This document shows, piece by piece, positions 38,385-48,645 of a stretch of 64,000 nucleotides of DNA. A program made the translations under genes and the position numbers. Origin of the DNA: an uncultured Bacilli bacterium (GTDB lineage: Bacteria; Bacillota_I; Bacilli_A; RF39; UBA660); assembly GCA_944364655.1 (NCBI GenBank), contig CALVWG010000080.1, positions 2,634 through 66,633 on the forward strand, read 5' to 3'. Below the pieces are notes generated by a model that was not told the origin of the DNA, did no database searches, and saw only the letters and a program-made list of their open reading frames with translations. Within the stretch, counting starts at the first letter, position 1; the number at the start of each line of letters is the position of its first letter.

Positions 38385-38955
38385 AGGCTAAATAATAGTA
38401 GTTATCAGTGGTATTACCTATAACTGTTCCACTTTCGATATAATCATATAATTTTAAGTTGGTGTTATTAATATTACCATACCAAATATCGATTCCGTTA
38501 ACACCTTGAACGATGTAGACATTGCCATAGCCTTCTTTTTCACCTTGAAAAACAAATAAACCGCTTTCTAAAACTGATATAGCACTATCTTTTGTGGTAC
38601 TAATTTTATAGCCGTCTAAATATTTTTCTTTGTTTAAAATTAAATCGTTATTGGAAACTAATTGCTCAGTTGGTTCAGTAACACTGGGTAAAATATTTCC
38701 AAATGAATTATGGTACCATTCATTAATTTTGGTAAAGGTTAAATTGCTTTGCAAAACTGTATTTTTAAAGTTAGCTAAATTATCTGGACTTAATTTAATA
38801 TAAATTGTACAACCTAAAACTAAAATGACACTTAGTAATACTTTAGTAAATATTTTGCTGATTTTTTTATCGTCTTTTTTTGTTTCTGAAAATTCATTTT
38901 CTCTTCTTTTTTTATGTCTTAATGCGATCATTTCTAGTTCATCCATATTATTCAC
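38332..38955 (-). CDS. spoIVFA: degenerate LytM/M23-domain membrane protein, SpoIVFA-like
   Basis: N-terminal TM. C-terminal GYGNVYIVQ...IDIWYGNI...LAFVKDG aligns to the M23 GYGN.V.I.H / ..Y.HL / HLHFE motifs with the catalytic His replaced, as in SpoIVFA/SpoIIQ. Upstream of the M50 gene as in Bacillus. Confidence 0.55.
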   Translation of the reverse strand: MNNMDELEMIALRHKKRRENEFSETKKDDKKISKIFTKVLLSVILVLGCTIYIKLSPDNLANFKNTVLQSNLTFTKINEWYHNSFGNILPSVTEPTEQLVSNNDLILNKEKYLDGYKISTTKDSAISVLESGLFVFQGEKEGYGNVYIVQGVNGIDIWYGNINNTNLKLYDYIESGTVIGNTTDNYYYLAFVKDGEFITYEEYQKEI

Positions 38956-39011
38956 CTAAATAAGTATATGTAATTAAATAAAAAAAAAGAATTTTCTTTT
39001 TTGGAAAATTC

Positions 39012-39473
39012 TTAATTTTTGTCTGTTGAACCGAAGCCACCAGTTCTTACATTTTCTTCTGGTTGATCATTGTCAGTAATTAAGTATTTTTGGAAAATCA
39101 CTTGACCAATAACGTCGCCTTTATGGACAACTAGATCTTCACTACCACAGTTAAAGTATTGAAAGTAGAAGTGACCATCATTTCCTTCATTGTTGTAATA
39201 GTCATGATCAACTATGCCAATACTATTAGCCATTAAAAAGCCTTTTTTTGGACCACTACTGCGATTTACTAACATGTAAAATTCGTCTTCTTCACAGTAT
39301 GCTTTTAAACCAGTTGGAATTAAAGTTGGTTTAATTCCTGGATGATAAACCGGTATTACTACATCTTCAGCTGCTTCAACATCATAACCAGCAGAATATT
39401 TAGTTTTTCGAACCGGTAAATTAATACCTTTATCCTCATAACCTTTAACTATTTCAAATCCACGTTTTCTCAT
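39012..39473 (-). CDS. dut: dUTP diphosphatase (trimeric dUTPase)
   Basis: 153 aa. SAGYDV, a GLKA-type motif, RSSG-like motif and C-terminal GGFGSTD. Confidence 0.85.
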   Translation of the reverse strand: MRKRGFEIVKGYEDKGINLPVRKTKYSAGYDVEAAEDVVIPVYHPGIKPTLIPTGLKAYCEEDEFYMLVNRSSGPKKGFLMANSIGIVDHDYYNNEGNDGHFYFQYFNCGSEDLVVHKGDVIGQVIFQKYLITDNDQPEENVRTGGFGSTDKN

Positions 39474-40009
39474 TATTCTTCCTCCAATTTTCTATTATCA
39501 ATATATAAAACTATTTTTTTGTTTTGTAAAGTTTTTGGAACATCAATTATTCTTTGATTGCGACTTCCAACATAATGAATTTTTTCATCAGCTTCTTGTA
39601 ATATAAATTTACCATCTAATAAAACATCTATATTATTTAAGATTGTTGTTAAAAATTTGTCTTTTTTGCTTTCTTTCGTTAATTCTTCCCAAACATATCC
39701 TGTATAACACCAGATGGTTTTATTTGGATATTTTTCTTTAACTTCTTTGACTAGTAAAGCAATTGTTTCTCTATTTAAAGGGAACAACGGATCTCCTCCT
39801 GATAGAGTTAAACCACTACACCAATCATTATTTAATTCTGTAAAAATTTCTTCTTTAGCAGTATCATCAAATAAAAGGCCATTGTTAGCATTCCATGTTA
39901 TTTGGTTTTGACACCCTGGGCAAGCATGATTACATCCGCTTACCCATAAAACAACTCTTAAACCTTCACCATTTAACATATCAGCTTTGGTGATGTTATG
40001 ATATTTCAT
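39473..40009 (-). CDS. nrdG: anaerobic ribonucleoside-triphosphate reductase activating protein
   Basis: VSGCNHACPGCQN radical-SAM motif. 178 aa. Sits in the nrdD operon. Confidence 0.85.
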   Translation of the reverse strand: MKYHNITKADMLNGEGLRVVLWVSGCNHACPGCQNQITWNANNGLLFDDTAKEEIFTELNNDWCSGLTLSGGDPLFPLNRETIALLVKEVKEKYPNKTIWCYTGYVWEELTKESKKDKFLTTILNNIDVLLDGKFILQEADEKIHYVGSRNQRIIDVPKTLQNKKIVLYIDNRKLEEE

Positions 40010-40326
40010 AATTTTTTGTGTCCTCCTTTACTATAAAAGAATATAACTTTTTTTAATAATTTAGCGTAATTTAATTGCTTTTTAGTTGATGGACCAATGT
40101 AACCGTTTTCATCAACAACTAAAACTATATCACTTATTTGAACTTTTTGCATTTGAACATCATCTAATATTTTTTTGCAGTCCATACCACAATCAGGATT
40201 TAAACCGCTTTGGGTGTAAACAAGTGGTGATAGAACTATATATCCTTTTTTAGACAACTCTGTCTCTAATTGTCGAAAAATATTTTCAAATTTAGTACTG
40301 CCAATAAGGCAAATTTTGGCATGCAT
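40006..40326 (-). CDS. hypothetical protein (106 aa) inserted between nrdD and nrdG; possible flavodoxin-like / nucleoside 2-deoxyribosyltransferase-like fold
   Basis: Overlaps the nrdD stop by 1 nt and the nrdG start by 4 nt, indicating translational coupling. N-terminal KICLIGSTKF resembles a Rossmann-like beta1-loop. Confidence 0.5.
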   Translation of the reverse strand: MHAKICLIGSTKFENIFRQLETELSKKGYIVLSPLVYTQSGLNPDCGMDCKKILDDVQMQKVQISDIVLVVDENGYIGPSTKKQLNYAKLLKKVIFFYSKGGHKKL

Positions 40327-42467
40327 TACATTGATTTCCTTTCAGCTATTTCAGCCATCTTGGCGTGATTTAATCTTGTTTTTCCATGAACTCTAGAATA
40401 TGATAAGTAACCGTTCATACGATCAATTTTAACTAAGTCGCTGCTGCCACATTTAGGACAAACATCCATATCTAACTCTTCATGGCCACATTTATTACAA
40501 TATGACAAAGATAAATTTACTCCTTCATAGAATCCTTTTTCCATTGCTCTTTCAATATAGGTGCGCATAGCTTCTTTATTATAATTCAAATTGTATCTAA
40601 CATATTGAATTCTTCCACCTCTAAATAAATCCCAGAATCTTTCTTCTAAATCTTGTTTTTCTATACCAGTAATGTCTTCCCAAACACCACAGTGGAAACT
40701 ATTAGAAACATATTCTCTTGAACTAACTCCTTCAACTATGCCATATTTTTTTCTAAATTGTTCAACTTGTAAACCACATAAGCTTTCAGCTGGTGTACCG
40801 TATATAGCATAAAGACGATGATCTTCTTCTTTAAATTCGTTTATTTTTTTATTAATATATTTCATTACTTCTAAAGCAAAGGCTCCGTCTTCTACAAGTG
40901 ATTTACCATTATATAATTCTTGTAGTTCATTTAAAGCAGTAATTCCAAATGATGCTGTTGCACTTTCTAGTACTGGTTCTATCGCATCGTTTGGTTTTAG
41001 ATGTCCTTTATAAAAACCACCTTCACAGTAAGCAATAGGATTAGTACTAGCTTTTCTTTTTCCTAAATATTGATAAGTTCTTAAATGAATTTTTCTAATC
41101 ATCTCTAAATAATAATCTAAAACTTCATAAAAATCTTTTTGTTCTTCTCTTGCTTTAGCCAAAATCATCGGCAAGTTTAAAGAGATAGCTCCAATATTAA
41201 AACGGCCAATAAAAACTGGTTTATCTTTATCATCAGCAGGTTTCATTCCGCCTCTTTCATACCAAGGTGATAAAAAGGCACGACAACCCATAGGACTTAC
41301 TACTCTTTTATATTTTTTATACATTTCAGGAACGTATCCTTCGCCGGTTAAAGATAAATAATCGGGATACATTGTTTTAGCACTGCACTTTAGGGCTGTA
41401 TCAAAACTATCAGCTAAAGGTTTTTCTTTTTGGTGTAAATTTTTATCATACAAGAAGACTAGTTTAGGGAAAAGTGTTGGCTTTCTAAATCCAGGTTTTC
41501 CTTGGCCTTTACGATGAGTATTTAAAATTGTTTTAGTTATCATTTGACCAAAAGGATCTTTTTCAATACCAAAAGTAAAAGTAACAAATGGATAATCACC
41601 TCTAGATGAGCCAATTGTATTTAATTTATATTCTATTCCTTGATATCCTTGTTCACATTCTCTGATTGTTTTTTTCCAAGCATATTTATCAGCTTCACCA
41701 TCAACGTCTTCTTTGATGCCTTTTATTTCTAAATATTCTTTAAAGTGTTCATCATAACTTTTTTTAGCATAAGGCGCTAAAATGGTATCAACTTCTGGAA
41801 CAGTAAAACCACCGTATTGCATAGCGGCTGTATGGATTACTACATCCCCCATTACACTGAAAGCGGTAATTAAACTTTTGGGCTCATTATACCAAATGTT
41901 ACCCATTTCAAAACCATCTTTTAAAACAGCACCAATATCGCATAAACAACAGTTCATTGTATCTCTTCTAGCACTCATATCATGAACATAAATATAGCCA
42001 TCTTCACATGCTTCGATTTCTTCTTTGGTTAAAAAAAATTTTTTATATAACTCTTTATTTAATGCCCCATAAGTTAAACTTCTTTGAGTAGCAACTAAGG
42101 CACTATCAGTATTAGAGTTTTCTTTGTCACCAATATAATTAATAGCTTGAGCTTTTTGATAAACTTTATCAAGAATATGAACAAAATCTTTTTTATAATT
42201 TCGATATTCTCGATAGCTTTTGGCTACTAATGGATTAACTTGCTCTAAGGCTGCCTCCACACAATTATGAATTTGACTAACTTCTAAATCACTTGTTCCA
42301 GATTCAACATAATCTAAAACAATTTTAACGACTTCATTTTCGGCTTCTGGCGTTAAATTTATCATAACTCTTTCAGCACTTTTTCGGATAGCAATCTTGA
42401 TTTTTTCAGGATTAAAATCTTCTTTGTTACCATTTCTTTTGATAATTTTTATTTTTCCTTCTTTCAT
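40326..42467 (-). CDS. nrdD: anaerobic ribonucleoside-triphosphate reductase (class III)
   Basis: 713 aa. C-terminal Zn-ribbon CNKCGHE...CPKCGS and glycyl-radical motif RMNGYLSYSRV. N-terminal ATP-cone. Confidence 0.95.
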   Translation of the reverse strand: MKEGKIKIIKRNGNKEDFNPEKIKIAIRKSAERVMINLTPEAENEVVKIVLDYVESGTSDLEVSQIHNCVEAALEQVNPLVAKSYREYRNYKKDFVHILDKVYQKAQAINYIGDKENSNTDSALVATQRSLTYGALNKELYKKFFLTKEEIEACEDGYIYVHDMSARRDTMNCCLCDIGAVLKDGFEMGNIWYNEPKSLITAFSVMGDVVIHTAAMQYGGFTVPEVDTILAPYAKKSYDEHFKEYLEIKGIKEDVDGEADKYAWKKTIRECEQGYQGIEYKLNTIGSSRGDYPFVTFTFGIEKDPFGQMITKTILNTHRKGQGKPGFRKPTLFPKLVFLYDKNLHQKEKPLADSFDTALKCSAKTMYPDYLSLTGEGYVPEMYKKYKRVVSPMGCRAFLSPWYERGGMKPADDKDKPVFIGRFNIGAISLNLPMILAKAREEQKDFYEVLDYYLEMIRKIHLRTYQYLGKRKASTNPIAYCEGGFYKGHLKPNDAIEPVLESATASFGITALNELQELYNGKSLVEDGAFALEVMKYINKKINEFKEEDHRLYAIYGTPAESLCGLQVEQFRKKYGIVEGVSSREYVSNSFHCGVWEDITGIEKQDLEERFWDLFRGGRIQYVRYNLNYNKEAMRTYIERAMEKGFYEGVNLSLSYCNKCGHEELDMDVCPKCGSSDLVKIDRMNGYLSYSRVHGKTRLNHAKMAEIAERKSM

Positions 42468-42682
42468 TTTTTACTCCCTCTCTTATCATGAAATGATTAT
42501 ATCAAAAGCTGCAAAAAAAACTGTGTGACTTTTGCAACAACATTTAAAATTTTGATTTTTAAATTAGTTTTTTGTAAAACTATTGACACTTAAAAATTAT
42601 CCCCAACATTAGAGCAAAGTTATATGTGATAATTGCAACATTTATTTATATTTGATATAATCAAGTTACAAGGGAGGGTTAA

Positions 42683-43282
42683 ATGATGGAAGATAAAGAT
42701 ATGGATACTTTCATTTTAGAACTCTTTCAAAACGCTAAAACATTAACGTTTAAAAAAGGCGAATTTATTCCTCTGTTTCAACGTAATAAAAAAGAAATTG
42801 CCGTTGTTAAAAGTGGAGATATTGCTTTAATGAAATCAGATTTTAATGGCAATTTAATATTTATTGATCATTTTACAACAGGTAACATAATTTCTAAATT
42901 ATGGATTTATAATGAGGAAAACGACTTGTTTCTTGTTGCTAAAACAAAAGTTGAAATAATATTTCAAGATTATCTTTTTTTCTTTCAATCTAATAATTAC
43001 CGAGCAATTTCATTATTAACCGAAAAATTTATTAATTACTCTATTCATTTAAATCAAAAAATTGCTGTTTTACAAAAAAGAAATATGGAAGATAAAATTT
43101 TAGCTTATTTTCATATTCTTGCTAAAAAATACAATTCTAATAAATTTGAACTTCCTTTAACTTATAAAGATTTAGCAGATTATTTAGGTGTTGATCGTAG
43201 TAGTCTGATGCGTAAATTAAGTGAATTAGAAAAAAATAAAAAAATTAAAAAACAAGGTAAAACTATTTTTTTGAAAAATTAA
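42683..43282 (+). CDS. CRP/FNR-family transcriptional regulator (no FNR Cys cluster; CRP-like)
   Basis: N-terminal cNMP-binding-like beta-roll and C-terminal HTH YKDLADYLGVDRSSLMRKLSELE. Divergent from nrdD. Confidence 0.7.
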   Translation: MMEDKDMDTFILELFQNAKTLTFKKGEFIPLFQRNKKEIAVVKSGDIALMKSDFNGNLIFIDHFTTGNIISKLWIYNEENDLFLVAKTKVEIIFQDYLFFFQSNNYRAISLLTEKFINYSIHLNQKIAVLQKRNMEDKILAYFHILAKKYNSNKFELPLTYKDLADYLGVDRSSLMRKLSELEKNKKIKKQGKTIFLKN

Positions 43283-43646
43283 GTTTTCCTTGTTTAAAAA
43301 TTATTATTGTAAATAAACTATTCCAAATTAAACTACTCACTATTAAATAATAATTAATATTTTGATTAATAAGCATTAAAATGAATAAATATAAAAATGT
43401 GTTAAGAAAATTTTTTAAAAGAAAATATTTTAAATTATATTTATGATGCCAAGATACATTTAAAATAAATAAAATAATTATTAATAGTAAATGTATAAAA
43501 TTAAACGGATATACAATTGCTGAGATAAATAAAGCCGCAAATAAAAGGAATGGCAAAGTATTATAATTACTAAATGAAAGCAATGTTAAATAAAAATAGA
43601 TTGGCAAAAACTCATTCATAATTGACAGCCTTTCTAACAACAACAT
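43263..43646 (-). CDS. mreD: rod-shape protein MreD-like small polytopic membrane protein
   Basis: 127 aa with about 4 TM segments, immediately after mreC. Confidence 0.45.
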   Translation of the reverse strand: MLLLERLSIMNEFLPIYFYLTLLSFSNYNTLPFLLFAALFISAIVYPFNFIHLLLIIILFILNVSWHHKYNLKYFLLKNFLNTFLYLFILMLINQNINYYLIVSSLIWNSLFTIIIFKQGKLNFSKK

Positions 43647-44277
43647 AGTTTAAATTAAATAAGTCGGCGGCTGGTTCAACAACAACTTTTTGCTCTAATT
43701 CATCTTTGGTCACTTCAACTACTTTCCCGACTAATATTTCACCTGGGATATTAGTAAAATTTGATGTATAAACTAAACTATCTTTAGCGATTTCTTCTTT
43801 ACTCACTATATTACTAATTATAAGTTGATTGCCGCTAGCTTTTAATATGCCATAACTATTTTGAACTTTTACAGAAAAAGATATACTAGTATTAGTAAGT
43901 AATTTAACCTCACTAGAGTTAGCTAAAACTTTAGTTACTTCGCCTACTAATCCTTGTTCATTTACAACTACATCGCCTTTTTTTATCCCGTCATTTTGAC
44001 CTTTTAAAATAGTTACTTCGTCAAAAAAAACATATGGATCATGAATTATTACTTTGGTAATAATTCCATCGTTTTTAAATGAATCTATTAAATTATTTTG
44101 TTCTAGTAACTCATTATATTCATATTTAATTCTTTCATATTCATCAGTTAATACTAGATTTTTAGTTAAATTAAAATCTTTATTAATTAAATAAGAGCAA
44201 ATAAAATCTTTTCCATAAAAGAAAAATAATAACAATAAAAATAATGATACATAAATAAAATATTTTTTCATTTCCAA
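43612..44277 (-). CDS. mreC: cell-shape-determining protein MreC
   Basis: N-terminal TM, coiled coil, then beta-rich domain GILKASGNQLIISNIV...VYTSNFTNIPGEILVGKVVEV typical of MreC. Confidence 0.7.
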   Translation of the reverse strand: MEMKKYFIYVSLFLLLLFFFYGKDFICSYLINKDFNLTKNLVLTDEYERIKYEYNELLEQNNLIDSFKNDGIITKVIIHDPYVFFDEVTILKGQNDGIKKGDVVVNEQGLVGEVTKVLANSSEVKLLTNTSISFSVKVQNSYGILKASGNQLIISNIVSKEEIAKDSLVYTSNFTNIPGEILVGKVVEVTKDELEQKVVVEPAADLFNLNYVVVRKAVNYE

Positions 44278-44957
44278 ATATCCTTTCTATTTTCTAAAAA
44301 GCTAAAATATTTATCACGGCCGATTATAACATGATCTAATAGGGATATGCCGACCATTTCTCCTATCTCTTTTATTTTTTTGGTAAATAGTTCATCAGCT
44401 AAACTAGGTAAAACATTACCACTTGGATGATTATGAAGACAAATTATTCTAACAGCATTATTTAACATCGCCTCTTTAAATATATCTCTTGGATGAACAA
44501 GACTTTGATTAGCTGTACCTATAAATAGCTTTTTCTTATTTATAACTTCATTTTTAGAATTTAAAAATAAAGTGTAAAATATTTCTTGATCAGAGTTAAA
44601 AAACAAGAAACGAAAATAATTATAAACATCTTTACTTTCTTTAATTTGGACTAATTCTTTAATATTATTACATTGAAATCTTTTTCCCAATTCTAAACAA
44701 GATAAAATAGTTATAGCTTTCACTTTACCTACACCATTTATTTTTTTTAAATTTTCTAAACGAGCATTTTTTAAATCATATAAACTACCAAATTGATTAA
44801 TTATTGTTCTACTTAAATCTATGGCTGAAACATTTTTGGTTCCAGTTCTTAAAATAATTGCTAATAGTTCAATGTCAGTTAATGATTCAAATCCATATTT
44901 TAGTGCTTTTTCACGAGGCTTTTCTTCACTAATTAAATCTTTAATTAAATAACTCAT
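44268..44957 (-). CDS. radC: RadC-like JAB/MPN domain protein
   Basis: HNHPSGN JAMM motif. Helix-hairpin-helix-like N-terminus. 229 aa. Confidence 0.85.
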   Translation of the reverse strand: MSYLIKDLISEEKPREKALKYGFESLTDIELLAIILRTGTKNVSAIDLSRTIINQFGSLYDLKNARLENLKKINGVGKVKAITILSCLELGKRFQCNNIKELVQIKESKDVYNYFRFLFFNSDQEIFYTLFLNSKNEVINKKKLFIGTANQSLVHPRDIFKEAMLNNAVRIICLHNHPSGNVLPSLADELFTKKIKEIGEMVGISLLDHVIIGRDKYFSFLENRKDIWK

Positions 44958-45382
44958 ATTTTAGCTACCTTTGTTAAAATTTGTTTATTTATTTCTAGGA
45001 TCACTTGATCATCAGTAGCCCGCTCTAAAAGCATATTATATTTATAAATTAAATCATTACTAGAAACACTAACATTTAATGATTTTTGATAATAATGAAT
45101 ATTTTTGGAAGTTAAAACTTTAGCGATTTTGGTAATTCCTTCTTCAGAAGTTGCTGCTCCGACTAAAACACGATATAAATCACCATCTTTTAAAATAACG
45201 GCATCAGAAAATTTTTCTTTATTTGCTAAAGCATTTTCATACGATGAATATGCTCCTGTTTGAAAGACTGTAAGCTTACTATCTTCTGCATTTTTTAAAG
45301 GTTTTAAATAAAATAATGTAATAAAAGATAAAAAAGCTCCAATACATATTGCAAGTAAAATAATGATAATTTTTTTGGACAT
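44954..45382 (-). CDS. SPOR-domain membrane protein
   Basis: N-terminal TM. TVFQTGAYSSYENA...YRVLVGAATSEEGITKIAKVL fits the SPOR repeat pattern (F.VQ.GAF....A......YRV.VG.F). Confidence 0.5.
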   Translation of the reverse strand: MSKKIIIILLAICIGAFLSFITLFYLKPLKNAEDSKLTVFQTGAYSSYENALANKEKFSDAVILKDGDLYRVLVGAATSEEGITKIAKVLTSKNIHYYQKSLNVSVSSNDLIYKYNMLLERATDDQVILEINKQILTKVAKI

Positions 45383-45433
45383 AATACCACCGATTTAAAT
45401 ATAACAAAAATAAAAAGTAAAAGTTGTCGAATT

Positions 45434-46081
45434 TTATATTTCACTTTTCTTTATTATATAAATTTTTTTGTTTTTATAAAAAGCATAAAAAATATTTTTA
45501 ACTTCTAAATTCTTTTTGCTTAGTTCTTCTTTTAACCAAATTTTATCTTTTTTTATAAAATCTAATGTTTTTTTATTAATTTCACCATCTAGTATTAAGG
45601 GCATCGGATAACTTGAAGCAAGCCGAAATGGTCGATATGGAAAAATGGATAATTTACCGTTTGGTTCAAGAAAAGCATATTCTATTTCTTTTAAATCATG
45701 GATACTTTTTTGGCGCATGCTTAAAAGTAAATCGTCCATGCTATACCGTTGTTTAATCATTTCTTTATAATTTACTTTACCATTACAAATAATTAAGGAA
45801 GGTTTACCGCCAAAGATAGTTCTGAATGTTCTTGATTTTATTCCAACAAACGCTAAGACTATTTCTAAAAGTCCCAAAACACTTAAAGGAATAATTGTTT
45901 GCCATAAGCTGTTTTCAGTATTTTCAATAGAAATTGCTACTAATTCAGCCATTAATATCGAAACTATCAAATCAATAATTCCTAATTGGCCTATTTCTCT
46001 TTTCCCCATAATTCGATAGAGCATTACAATAAAAAAATAGAAGAAAACGGTTCTAAAAACGACACTTAAAATAGATTCCAT
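45434..46081 (-). CDS. DUF421 (YetF-like) membrane protein
   Basis: Two N-terminal TM helices, RIMGKREIGQL...DLIV motif and a YetF-type C-terminal domain. Confidence 0.55.
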   Translation of the reverse strand: MESILSVVFRTVFFYFFIVMLYRIMGKREIGQLGIIDLIVSILMAELVAISIENTENSLWQTIIPLSVLGLLEIVLAFVGIKSRTFRTIFGGKPSLIICNGKVNYKEMIKQRYSMDDLLLSMRQKSIHDLKEIEYAFLEPNGKLSIFPYRPFRLASSYPMPLILDGEINKKTLDFIKKDKIWLKEELSKKNLEVKNIFYAFYKNKKIYIIKKSEI

Positions 46082-46146
46082 AACATCACCTATTATTGTT
46101 ATGTTTTAAATTCTATTTTTTTAAACATTAACATATATAATATTAG

Positions 46147-46521
46147 GTGATTTTAATGAAAACTTTAAAGAAATATGGAAAAACTTTAGGATTATTTTTA
46201 TTAGTTATTATTATTTTAACTAGTATTTTATCATTATTTAATTTAGGTAATATTTTTTATACTAAAACAACTGATATAATTATTATGGTTGGAATGATTT
46301 TAATATTTGCAATAATTGGTTTTCAATATGGTAAAAATGCTTTAAATAAGGGATTTTTGGAAGGCTTAAAAATTGGAGCATCTTTAATTTTTCTTTTAAT
46401 TATAATTAATTTACTTTTTTATCAAACAGGTTTTTCAATATCTAGATTAATTTATTATATTGTTTTAATTTTAACAAGTACTCTAGGAAGTATGATTGGC
46501 ATAAATAAAAAGGGCAACTAA
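46147..46521 (+). CDS. small polytopic membrane protein (124 aa)
   Basis: Four hydrophobic helices. One of only three + strand genes. Confidence 0.4.
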   Translation: MILMKTLKKYGKTLGLFLLVIIILTSILSLFNLGNIFYTKTTDIIIMVGMILIFAIIGFQYGKNALNKGFLEGLKIGASLIFLLIIINLLFYQTGFSISRLIYYIVLILTSTLGSMIGINKKGN

Positions 46522-46547
46522 TGTGTCCTTTATTTAAATTTTGATTT

Positions 46548-47994
<1,447 letters not shown>

Positions 47995-48063
47995 TCATGT
48001 TTTTTAATTTAAATAATTTATTTTTTTTGCATTTTTAAACATTTTTTGGTAAAATAACCTGCG

Positions 48064-48543
48064 GTGATGAAAATGAAAGCAAAAATTGCTACACAAAAAT
48101 ACAATTTTGATAATACTCTTTTTTATAAGAAAAAATTTTTTGAACGAGAGGAAGAATATACAGAATTTGCAGGTATTGATTATGAAAAAATAAACGAAGT
48201 TAATAATTTTGCTTTGTTTTGGCAACAAAGTCCTGATTTTATAAATTCTCCAAGTTTCTTAAATAGACTTAATAAAACATTTTTTTATGCAAATGAATGT
48301 TTAATAGGTACATTTGATGAGAAAGCTTTATTTTTAATATTGGCACTTGATCCAAAATTACATATGCTTCGAACATATAAGTTATATAGTTCTAATAAAG
48401 ATCAACTTAAAACTGCTTTTCAACAAAATTTTGGAGTTTATTCGCCTAAAATAATCAAATTAGAAAATTCTTATGCAAAAAGGTACTTAAAACTTAGAGA
48501 AAATGAAAACCAATTAATGGAAAGAAAAAAAAATCAACTTTAG
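48064..48543 (+). CDS. hypothetical protein (159 aa)
   Basis: ORF with RBS-like GGTGATGA context. No motif recognised. Confidence 0.4.
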   Translation: MMKMKAKIATQKYNFDNTLFYKKKFFEREEEYTEFAGIDYEKINEVNNFALFWQQSPDFINSPSFLNRLNKTFFYANECLIGTFDEKALFLILALDPKLHMLRTYKLYSSNKDQLKTAFQQNFGVYSPKIIKLENSYAKRYLKLRENENQLMERKKNQL

Positions 48544-48584
48544 TTTTAAAACAATATCAAAAACAAAAGAAACAAAATTAAGTT

Positions 48585-48619
48585 AAAAAAGAAAAAGTTA
48601 TTAGCTTTTTCTTTTTTTT
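48585..48619. terminator. bidirectional terminator between convergent orf159 and queA
   Basis: AAGAAAAAG-ttattag-CTTTTTCTT perfect 9-bp stem flanked by A6 and T6. Confidence 0.55.
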
Positions 48620-48645
48620 AATTCTTTCTTTAGAAAGATAAATAA

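Noticed and set aside
42468-42682. NrdR box upstream of nrdD
   Set aside because: Could not find the paired acaCwAtATaTwGtgt-type palindromes. The only palindromes are the TTGATATAATCA(A) extended -10-like elements.
48004-48228. Minus-strand 74-aa ORF overlapping the start of + strand orf159
   Set aside because: Phe/Ile/Lys-rich low-complexity sequence in the tgt upstream region. No RBS. Overlaps a better-supported ORF.
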